The position numbers were made by a program, and so were the translations under genes. 64,000 nt of DNA from Tubulanus polymorphus (taxonomy: Eukaryota; Animalia; Nemertea): positions 7,564,001-7,628,000 of the forward strand of contig NC_134031.1 of assembly GCF_964204645.1 (NCBI RefSeq), given 5' to 3'. A model generated the notes under the pieces. It was not told the DNA's origin, did not search any database, and saw nothing but the letters and a program-made list of their open reading frames with translations. Shown here in pieces: positions 12,001 through 24,000 of this stretch (position 1 is its first letter; each line of letters starts with the position of its first letter).

Positions 12001-15000
12001 AAAATACGATAATTTCAATATTCAAAGCCCCCGGTGAACATATTCAGAAACAAACACCCTCAAACTCACTACAATCGTAAAATATGTCATCAGCGACAAC
12101 CCCCCAATTGTAAGTGGTAACAAAATATGTATACATCCCAAAATAAATGGAAATCACACCATTCACTGCCCGTAGTGAACATACTGCAGAAGTCAATGAC
12201 CTTGAACATCACAACAATCGTAGCAAGGACCATGATCAACAACTTTGCTTGCAATTGTGATTACAAAATATGCATAGGTACCAATATCAATTTGAAATTT
12301 TGAAAATATTTCAATATTCGCCTCCCCTGGTAGCGAGAACATTTACGCTAGGTAACCAATTCTATCGGAGGTGTGTCCAGCAAAATGGGCTAAAAGCAAT
12401 GCAATTACAGACAAAACAATTTTCACTGTTTGGTGTCCACTGAATGCATTTTACAGCTAGCAGAGTTCCAAGTTTTACAAGGAGAGACTTAAGAACGCCA
12501 CAAGGAATCGTAGAACAATAAACGTGTGCACGCAGAATGCATAATATTATTGTTGTACAGGGCCGTCGGAACGGGGGCGGCAGGGGTGGCTAAAGCCGCC
12601 CCACTTGTTTGCTTAACAAAAATTGTTTTATGCTTTTTTTCAAAAGCACGCTGGACCGCGTAGCAGCTCGTCTCTGTACTAGGTGGTTGGCTCATGCTTC
12701 TGTGAATGAGACCGTGAAATGGCCCCAAAACGCTTTTCCGGCGATTAAATTTTCAAAAACCTTTTTGGGGGTCCTTCAGAAATAAGCCTCGCCACTGAAA
12801 AATTCCTTCTGATGGCTCTGTTGTACTGAAATCTACGTTTCTTACCAGGTTTATCAAACTCAAGTTTCGCTTCGACATAAACCCGGTCGCCATCTAGAAC
12901 GGACTGCGGAAACACATAGACATGATTTCTAAATTCTTCATCTTTATAAATCCGTAGATAATAGGAATCGTCGCTCTCTCCCAGTGAACGGTGGAAAGTA
13001 CCGAGCTGACTTCCGAATGGATTGTTGACCAATGATGTACTCTGAAATTTCAACATAAGACGATAAACGATCTTAAATCATCAATATGGCTCAATTATCA
13101 AACATTTATTGAAGTCAATCGTATATCTGAATGCAAAGCCAAGATCGAGAGGGTTATTTTTTCCCATTTCATCTGTAAACCACTAGCCAGATGTGGTCTG
13201 CACAAGTGTATATGAATTCGATTAAAAGTAAATCAATCAAGCATTATTGACTTCTTTGCCTTGAAAAATATAATTATGCAAGTAGAGGGAATCTTTAGTT
13301 CGCATTAACGGTGGTATGTTCACAACAGTCGTTCACTGATCGAGGTTTTATTGTTGTCAGCACTAAGGCGCGTTCACACGTTATTTAGACCGGTCTAAAT
13401 TTGGTCTGGTCCGAATTGGACCGGTACCAAGCATTCACACAGGCAAAAATTCTGTTCCTGTTTTATTTGGCACGGCCCAAAAGAGCGAACCCGGTCCGCT
13501 CCAAATTGTGGACAAGAACTGGTACCAGGTGCGGTCTAAATCGTACTGTGAGGTATGAATTCAAGGTATTAACCTCGTCAGCAATTCGTCATCAAGCTGA
13601 TTAATATAGTTTTTAGATTTACATAATTTCTTTATAACCTAAAATTTATGTGTACGCTAACGGATTATCTTAAAATCTTAGTATATGTTGATAATTGATA
13701 ATGGAATATAAATTGTTAAAATTGTTCTGAAAATTACCTAGAATCTATCACAGATTGATGAGTGCAGATATATGATAAACTGCATCAAAATTGTTCAAAT
13801 AAAAAACTGCCAGAGACTCATAAATCTATGATCATTTAGATACATTTCTGGGTAAATACTCATGGCAACATCGTGCGGGCCCAGTCATAACAATCTGTAG
13901 GGCTCTAGGCTTCGAATTTACATCTCTCTCGATTCTTCGAAAAGTTCAGTAAAACCTCTCTACAATGAATGCCTTTGGTTCCAGACAAACGTGTTTGGAA
14001 ACGATGTGGAACTTTTGACATCACACCACCATCATTCAAGTCATTAATTTCTCCTATTACAAATTATTCAAGTCAACTAGTGCTTTACATATCCATTCAA
14101 TAGAATTACCCAGTAATTAACAATGAATGGTGTACAATGATAATGAACTGGTTGATAATAAACATAGTAAATCAACACATCGATTAACAACTTCTGACCA
14201 TCCAGACATAGGCCCACTGGCATATGGGTACTGTTCATGTGATGAGTTGAAATATTCATTTGGTACCAGATTTATTTTCATTTCTCTGATGATGGAGTTT
14301 AGATAAACCCCGAAACTGTCAGATTAGAATTAATTATTAATACAAGTCTTCTTCAACTGTGGGTTCCATTAATTAACCAGAAAAGGTGTTAACTGTTCGC
14401 TGTAGTCGTTCATTGTAGAAAGGTTCTCTTATTGGAAAAAAACTAGACATTTTTGATCGCAAGGTAAAGACATTCGTTATGGATGGTTTTGCCGGACAAG
14501 GTACGATAGTATATATACCTGGGGCAGTGAGGCTTTCTTCTCACAGTGGAATTTTATTGACATCGCTTTGACGCTGAAATCTTCGTCGTCGATGTATGTT
14601 TGATCGGCGATCATTTCGCCGTTGTCCGAGTGGTTGCCGTCGTCATTCTGATAGCCGCTTCCTTCTTCATTGATGATCGCATCATCTGACGCGAGCCGAT
14701 GCAGAACCAACTGTCAAACAACGGTATTGAATGATATAAAATAACAGCGATTCAAAGCTTTTTCCCATTGTGGATAAAAAAATAAGGCCTACATCGAACG
14801 TTTTCCTTCAAAATGGGAATTGAAAATTCTAATACATTTTACATTGTGTTAAAATCTACATTATCTTTCAATTGATGCGTTAGGAGGTTTCTGCCTATTC
14901 TTCTTAAGAGAAGAATATTCCAACTTCTGGAAGGAGGAGCACAACGATCAAATAGGGTTCATTCTTAATATACAAGAATCTATTTGACTTTTATCAAATA

Positions 15001-18000
15001 ACTGACCAGGCAATGCCTGAGACAAGTAGATACAGGAGTGGACACGTTCTTGGTCAACGGCTGCGACCTCTCCCCCTTAATTGGGAAAAATAAATCTGGA
15101 TACTGCTAAATTTTCATCGAGTCATGAGTTCAGCGAATTCAAGAACGAAAAATGGATTTGATACTTACAGAATTCACGAATCTGGGGCTGTTTTTGCGAG
15201 TGACTTCGAGCGTTCCACAGTTGGTGATCATAGCACTCAGTACAAAGTGAGTTCCATTATCGACGGCTACACACATCGCATTCGATAGAGTTAAATGATC
15301 TTTCAGAACGCCAATTTCCTGTTTTAAAAAAATTCTTAAAAATTAATCACTATCATCAACATTAAAAAGCACCAAAAAATGTCAATAAGGACATTCATAT
15401 GATACATTAAAGAAATTTTTTTTAAATACTCTCTTAAAGAATCTTATTGAGATTAGATTATAAATTATCTGCTAGTATCCAGCAGACAATACAGTAACGT
15501 GAGTAGCAAAATCAGAAATCTCCTATATGGGCCTTCACAAAAAAATTTAATTAATGGACTTTCTCATAAGTTACAAATTTACAATTGATTGTGATAGCTA
15601 AATATTCAAAGGTACAAATTTATATAGGTATGAAGAAAAATTGTATATACTTCATTTCCGCTGGTGAGAAGAACATATTCATGTAACTCATGTACCCAAA
15701 GAGAGTGTATCCTGACGGTGGTAACACTTATCAAATATCAAAACGAAGTTGAAAGCTGTTAACACCATTTTCCTCAAAAACCTCTCACATCTATGCTTGA
15801 GGACTGATGAGACTAAGATGGCCATCAATTGCTTAAAAGTTTACTGATCCACGAACATGTCTGATATGATAAACATTCCCTCCCAAGAAGGCATATGTGC
15901 ATTATGAATTTCAATGATAAACGCATCCTCCCTCCGCAGGGATTCGAACCCAATGGTATATCACTACTCAGCCTCAGCAAAAACCCTGCCACACTAGACC
16001 GGGGCTGCATTTTTCAAAGCGGTGACAAGCCCTATCCCGGTGATATATCGCTATCCCGCTGGGCTGCGTTTTTCAAAGCGGTGATAAGCCCTATCCCGGT
16101 GATAAATCGCTATCCCGGTGTTAAATATTTCTATCACTGGGATAGTGTGTTTTTCAAACCTGTGTTAACTTTATCACTGGGATAAAATCAGCTATCCCAG
16201 TGATAAAGTTAACACACCTCCGACGTGGTGATAGCAACACTATCACCAGGATAAATTATCAAAATGGCTGCCATTTTTTATGATGATATCTATCAAGAAC
16301 GAATTTATAGACACCCACGCCGCTATCGATATCACGAAACAGTTAAATTTGCAATTAATGATTATTCAGAAAATGAAGTGAGACAGAAATATAGATTTAG
16401 TTCGGAAAATATCACACGAATGACAGATTTAATTCGAGAAGATATAACGTATGATACACAACGTTCCAATGCACTTTCTGCTGAGTTACAAGTGAAGGTT
16501 GCTCTCCGATATTACGCAACGGGTAGTTATTTGGAAGCACTGGGTGATACTTTTGGTCTTGTTAAATCAACTGTTTGGAAATGTGTCCATAGAGTATCAG
16601 AGGCGCTTGCCAGAAAAAGTAACGAGTATATAGTCTGGCCGACCACAGATCAGGATAAAAATCGAATACGCCAAGGTTTCTACGATTTTGGAGGTTTTCC
16701 TAATTGTATTGGTGCAATTGATTGTACGCAAATTCGTATCAAGGGCCCGCAAGAGAATGAAAATGCATATGTCAACAGAAAAGGATTTCATTCAATAAAT
16801 ACCCAGGCAGTATGTGACCATACAGGTATGTTTTGCTTCTTGTTTGTTGGTTTATTCTGTCAGTATCGAGTTTATCAGTAAATCAACTTTCTTTTAAATA
16901 GGTAAATTTATCAATGTTGTAGCGAAGTGGCCAGGCTCCTGTCATGACTCACACATTTTCCGCAACTCGGCACTCAAGAGGTAAAAAAAGAATTAGGTGA
17001 TGAAATGTCCTATAATGACACCTATTTAACTGTGACGGCCAAGATTCAGGCATTGGAGATAAAGCCTGATGTCCCGAATACTTCAACGCCACCTGATGGT
17101 AGTGATTCTGGTAGCAGTGTCTTGAATGAAGATGCATTGAGACAAATACTCAGCACCATTACTATGAGAAAAAGGGAAATAGAAATTCCAAAATTTAGTG
17201 GAGATGTTCATTTGTTCGACCAGTGGAAGACCCTGATCGAGTCTGAATTCCAAAAACCGGGTTACACCGAGGCAGAAAAGGCTCATTACACCTTGACCCT
17301 TCTCACTGGTAATGCACAGAAGATTATTGCTGCTCTAAAAGATCCCAGTTACGAAGACATTTTGGAGACACTGGAAGATAAATATGGTGGTGTCCACACA
17401 AAATTAGAACAAGCCATTCTTGAAATATCAAATCTTCCACCCGTTCAAGGTCACAGAGTGAAGGCCATTGATGATTTTTATAGCAAATTGATATCCAGTT
17501 GGAATTATATTCTAAAAAAAACTGGTGATGATAGGTCCCTGAGAGAAAGTAGTTGGATCTTGACATCGTTAGTGCGAAGTAAACTTCCCAAGGCCATGAT
17601 TCGAAGGTGGGATGGTGAACGGGTCAAAGAGCATAAGAAAAGCCAAGGTGGAAACCACCTACCTATATCATTCGATGATCTCTTGGCAAAGATCCACGAA
17701 GCGTTGGTAGTTGCACGACGTTCAGAGCTTGATGGTAGTGTTAGACATTCTGATAAGAAATTTGATAGAAAATACCATAATAACTCGATGAGGCGAGCTA
17801 CCGGTAAGGCGTTACAAATCACGCCATCTCGTCAGTCTCAGCATTGTGTCTTTTGTAAAAGACCTGGTCACCAGCCCACCAGCTGCTATGAGATGAGGAA
17901 GATGAAAATTTCTGAAAGACGGAAACGCTTAAGGGATTCTGGTGCCTGCTTCAAATGTTTTGCCAAAGGTCACCGTAGTTTTGAGTGCAATCAACCACCT

Positions 18001-21000
18001 TGTTCAAAGTGTAGTGTGGACCATAACCAGCTCACTATGGTGAGCTCATATACACTATGAGAAGAGAACTGATAATCAGAACAGACCACCTGGAGATTGA
18101 GTCACCTCCGAGGATTGAAGCTGTGTGATAGCTACCCACGAGATGTTAAAGATGTTGATATATAATTGGGTCTTGAAGATACTCTGCGTATAATGATGGA
18201 TGTAAAAGTATGTGGTGGCATTGGCCATCCGGTTGCTCAGAAGACACACTTCGGTTGGGTGTTAGCTGGTCCTTATGATGATGGAAAGGCGCGTGAAGAT
18301 ATTAATGCGGTAAAAGCTGGATCTCTCTGCGCACACTTTCAGCCAGAGACAGATAATGAATTAGCATTAGCAGAGAGACACTGGGAGATCGAGCATTTGG
18401 GTATACGACCAGATGAAGAAAAATCTGGTCTTAGTCCTGAAGAATCGGAAGCACTGAGCCAACACCAGGAGTTAACAAAGTTTGTCGATGGACGCTATAT
18501 CACTGGTCTAATAAGGAAACCAAAATGGAAAGATGTCAAGTTGAAATCCAATAAAACGTTCGCCTATCAACGACTAATAGGTACTGAGAAAAGGATACAG
18601 AAGGATCCTCAACTGCAGAAATTGTATCAGGAGCAACTAGATGATTTAGTGACATGAGGTCATGCTGTAAAGATTCATGAAAATTCAGAACCGGAAGATA
18701 GAACAGTCAGGTATCTTCCGCATCATCCCGTACTCAGACCAGATAAAGCTACTACGAAGGTACGGCCTGTGTTTGATGGCTCTGCAAAGGGCCCAGAAGG
18801 TGTATCTATAAATACAACACTGCTTCCTGGTCCAAAGTTACAACGGGACCTATGTGGCATGTTGTTAAGATTTCGCTGTTTCAAGATTGTAATAGTAGCG
18901 GACATAGAAAAAATGTTCCATCAGATACAGATGAGAGAAGTTGACCAGGATAGTCAACGCTTTCTGTGGCGAAACATGAACACAGATACTGAACCAGATA
19001 TTTACAGATTGACCACAGTGACGTTTGGACTGACTACGTCACCGTTCAGTAGCATCAAAGTTGTGCAACAAAATGCTGAGAATTTGCAGTCACAATACCC
19101 AAAAGCCTGTGAAGAAATATTGAACAACACTTATGTCGACGATGTCTTATCTGGTGAAGATGAGATCTCGGAAGCTTCTGACTTAGCCTTACAGTTAAAG
19201 GAAGTTCTGGAATCTGGTGGATTCCCGTTGAAGAAGTTTAGTTCTAATGAACCTGAAGTTCTCCGTCAATTGAAGAAAGAAGATCTCGCGACTCAACACG
19301 TCAAAATGTTGTCCGAGGGTGAATCTGGTTTGAAGGCACTTGGGACCAAGTTTATACCGAGCGATGACCAGTTGATGTTCTCCTTCTGTGAGAAGATAGA
19401 AGATTTACAGATTGAAACTCGTCGTAGCGTTCTGAAACAACTCCATCGGATTTATGACCCAATGGGGGTACTCTCACCGTTTTTGATCACTGCGAAAATG
19501 TTATTCCAGCGATCGTGGACTGTTGTCTGTGGATGGGATGATTCGTTACCTGCCGACCTACAAGAAGAGTGGCGTCAGTGGAAGGCTGATGTGAAAAACC
19601 TCGATGATCTAAGACTTGACAGATATGTACTCATGGAAACAAAACATGATGTAAAATATAACCTGCACGGATTTGGTGATGCCAGTGAAAAGGCATATGC
19701 TTTGTGTGTGTATATCCGTAGTGAAAATCCAAATGATGAGGTCAAGGTTGCCCTGTTGTGTTCTAAAACCAGGGTCAGCCCGATGAAAGAAAAAAGAACC
19801 ATTCCAGAATTAGAGTTACTAGCGGCATTGATTACTTGTCGATTATTGGTTTATGTAAAACATCAGTTGAAGAATATAACTGTTGAATCATCGACCTGTT
19901 GGACTGATTCGAAAGTTACTCTCGAATGGATAAGTCAACCACCATAACCCTGGAAGACTTTTGTGAGTAACAGGGTGTCCGAAATACAAGGCCTGGTGAA
20001 AGACATTCGTCATGTCCCTGGAAAATGTAATCCAGCGGATTTGTGTTCGCGTGGTTGCTCGGCAACTGAATTGATACAGTCGTCTATCTGGTGGAATGGT
20101 CCTGAGTTTTTGAAGATGTCTGAAGATCACTGGCCAAAGCCTGACCATCCTAGCAAGACCGCCAAGGAGACCGCTATGAAGAAAGCGAAACAAGTAAAAG
20201 CTAACGTATCGTTAGTATCTGCGAAAAATGCAGATTTCCTGGAGAGTTGTATTGGCAAATTTAAGTCATACAACACGTTTCTACGAGTGATGTGTATAGT
20301 TCGACGTTGGCGAAAAAAGGTGCAGAAAACCCATGAGGGGAGAACTGATGGTCAAGAAGATCCACTGGTTCTGACTGATCGTAAGAAAGAATTATGGTGG
20401 ATTAGTTATATCCAGAAAAAACACTTTCCTGAGGAAATAAGATGTTTAACGTCTGGCCTTCCTGTATCCAAGTCTAGTCGTCTGAAGTCACTTGATCCAG
20501 TGTGGGATGAGAAGCATGAAATCATATGTGTTGGTGGTCGTTTGAACAATTCTCTACTGCCTGATGAACAGAAGCATCCTGTTATTTTGCCGTCTGGTGA
20601 AAGAATGGTAGAGAATTTAGTTTTATGGTATCATCAGCTGTATGGACATACTGGCCCGACACAAACTCTTGCCACACTGAGATTAAAGTACTGGTTACTC
20701 AAAGGTGTGAAAGAAACCATGCGGATAATACACCATTGTGAATGTAGGGAGCCCAAAAAACTGGGACAAAAAATGGGTCAACTGCCGGCTGAGCGAGTTG
20801 TTGATGCGTCTCCATTCACACATGTTGGCTGTGATTACGCCGGACCATTGTACGTTAAGACTGGTAAAAATATAACCAGTAAATCCTACATATTGATATT
20901 CGCTTGTATGACCATCAGAGCTGTCCATCTGGAACTATTAGAGGACATGACGGCTGATGAGTTCCTTAAGTCATTCGAACGTATGATGAATCGCCGTGGG

Positions 21001-24000
21001 AAACCATGTGGTCGGATAACGCCAAGTCGTTTGTGAAGTTGGCAAACATTCTAGTTCGGATGTTTAGAACAAAAGGGCCGCGAAGTGCTATTGTTGATGG
21101 ACTAAGCAAGCATGGGATAGAATGGAAGTTCATCACTCCACATGCTCCGTGGCAGGGAGCTTTTTACGAGCGATTGGTCCGCAATGTAAAAGAGCCGCTG
21201 AAAAAAGTGATTGGTAGAGCCTGTTTAACATTCTCTGAATTAACAACAGTGTTGACGGGTATCGAATGTCAACTCAATTCCAGACCAATTTCTAGTTTTT
21301 CAAGTGCAAAGAATGATCTACTACCACTCACTCCAGCCCACTTCCTGATCGGACGAAATCTCCAAGCTGTGCCTGATGTAGATGCTGTGTCCAAGAGTAC
21401 TAATCCTAGTAAAAGGTGGCTGTACCGCCAAAGACTCGAAAAGTCATTTTGGACCAGTTGGTATCGAGAATATTTGGCCGAACTAAATAGATTCAAGAAG
21501 TGGACTGTAGTTCAGCAGAACCTAAAAGTTGGCGATATTGTATTGATCGCTAAGGATAACGTGAAGAAGACTGAATGGAAAATGGGACGTGTAGTTGAAG
21601 TCTATCCAGGTCGTGATGACTTGGTCCGTTCCGTCGCAATTAAGACTGCAAATGGTGTATTAAAGCGACCAGTGCAAAAATTGCGATTGATCGAAAGCGA
21701 TACTTATGAAGAAAAAAAACCAGAATAAATCGTTGGTAGAAGTTGAACATTGCATACTGTAAATACGTTTCTGGTGAAAACTCGTAAACTCCTTTTCAGA
21801 GGGGAGTGTTCTGTCTAGCACATGTATTATACTTTAGGAGTCACCCCATTTTTTACTAGTACGTAGGCACTTAGATTTTTTTTGGAGCAATCCATCTTTT
21901 TGGTTGTTTTTTAGTAGAGTAGCCATGTTTTTTTAACTTGTGGCAGGTCGTCACTGGTAGTAGTCGACATTTTATCATGAGTGGAATGTATAGTCGCCGC
22001 ACCTAGATGTGTGAGTCCGGATTCAAAGTTTAGTTTTTGGTAGTTTTTTATGGTCATTGGCGTCAGTGCCCCAAGGGCGCCCGCGAGTTATCAGATATCA
22101 TAAAGCAAGGTTCCCGTGTGTGCGTTACGCGAATCGTACTAACTACGTGGCACGTATGGATGCGTCGACATCAGATCCGAAGATCCGACATGTTATATTA
22201 GTCATATATAAATAAATAGCTTTTTTGTAGTATTTCAATTCACTGCGTCACTGTCATCACTTTTCTTTTTTCAGTACTTATTCGCAATTTCTATCAGTTT
22301 TGACTTGATTGGGCTGTTTCTAATAATGCAGGCATCAATTTTTCATCTATAAAACCGTACCATCAATAACAATCCATTACGGGAGTATATCATGTCTATA
22401 TAAAATATCATGTCTATGAATCCCTCATCCCTTTCATCTCGTCTTTGCAGCATTTGTACTTCAATGACCGCAAAATATGGTCTTGTAATAGCGAGGCCCT
22501 TCAAATTTTCCCCAAAAAAAATTCAAGGCAAGATTTCCCATCCTAGTTCACCTTGCTGGAATTTCTATTTCATAAATCAAATACGAAAGAAACCGGCCAG
22601 TTTTGTCCGCTTATATTGGATTAAAATTTGCAATAACCACTGCACGTTTACACTTACCCTCGCTGACTTTTTTGGAAGTGACACCTTGAGTCCAGATCGG
22701 TAACAAGATAGGGCCATGACGTCGCGAATCGCCGACAGCGTTTGCTGGGGATGTGAAAACGGTGACCTCGTCAGTTTCTTACCAGCTGCAATGAAAATAA
22801 ACAAAATATCAACGAAATGAACGTAACATATAATATGTATTACGCAGGGGGGGTTGGGGGGTGGGGCGGCAGTTGGTGGATTTTGGAAAGCGAAATGTTC
22901 ACTTTTCCGACATTTGTCATTTTTTCACATTCATTATCAAAGCAAAAATCTTTCACATTTTTTTTCATGTCAAATTATGGATATTTTCTACAGTGAACTA
23001 AAAAAGTTTAGAAACATGAGGTCCAACAATGATAACAAAACACTAGGCTGACTTCAACCAAAAGGACAGTGGCCTATACACATTTTTGGGCTGCAAATGT
23101 GCCTAGGGTAGACACATCTACATACCAAATACGAAGACAATAATGTACAGAATGCATATTGAAAACTTCCCAAAACAACATAATTCAAGATACAGACGAA
23201 AGGAAACTTTGACTGAACAAAACAGTGAATAAAGCGACCTTTATAAAATCAAAAGATTACTAGCCCAGAAGACCATAGAGTGAGCACGAACCTGGATCGA
23301 TGACCAGTTCAATCATATTTGCTAATGTAACGTCGGTGTAGGACGTCACCGCGCCAAATCTCTGTTTCACGAATGTCACCAACTTATCGCCGAACTCGCC
23401 GACGGTTTCAACACTTGATTTGACTGACGCTCCGGCTGCAATACCACTCGTATCGATGTCTCCAGTACCCTGAAAAACATGAATCAGATTCAGTCATCAG
23501 TCGTCGAGTAACCTCGTTATCGTAAAATCACACAGTAGCAAGTCTAAACAACAATTGAAAATGCAGTCAAGAAAAAGATTTAATTCTTCTTTCGCTCTTC
23601 GCTCAGACTTGACTAAAAACAAACTTTTCTCCCATAGATATCCCATGCCTTCACTGTGAGTCATTTTTCCAATTTGTCGTGTAGTAAACTGAAAGTCCAG
23701 GGAGATTATACCCAATTAAAAAATGTATGACTATATCAATAATCCGAGGGGAATGTCATTGGTTTACATATCGTTCACTTGGGAGCAGTGAATCTTGAAA
23801 ACTACGTAGTATTTACACGTAGTACTGAGGTAGCTTACAAAATATGCATATCATAGGTAGGAAGTGCAATGTTACTTCACTATTCTAACACCTCCTGGTG
23901 GACATATACAATACGCACTAACATTGAAACTCTGAAACTCATAGGCCTGTTTGACATTTTTTGACGCAGCGCAAAATACATTCTCTTACTCAAAAACTGA

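Larger units (their letters stand above)
16981..22190 (+). mobile_element. BEL/Pao LTR retrotransposon, 5'-truncated and decayed, with 3' LTR
   Basis: Gag (IPKFSGD, CCHC knuckles), RT (YLPHHPV..KVRPVFDGS, ADIEKMF, YVDD), RNase H (GFGDASEKAYA, TIPELEL, WTDS), integrase (DYAGP, SDNA, PWQGAFYERLV) and C-terminal VGDIVLI/GRDDLVR domain. Polypurine tract then TGTT at 21807. No 5' LTR. Confidence 0.95.

Noticed and set aside
16264-16881. 205-aa ORF as a complete or domesticated HARBI1 gene
   Set aside because: The ORF runs into an intron at 16826, sits behind transposon termini, and the spliced product lacks the later catalytic residues.
17005-21728. Five separate genes, or programmed readthrough/frameshifting
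   Set aside because: They are pieces of one gag-pol polyprotein broken at arbitrary positions, including within integrase; this is mutational decay.
22190-22600. Continuation of the Harbinger after the LTR
   Set aside because: No GDSGY-type motif or right TIR found.
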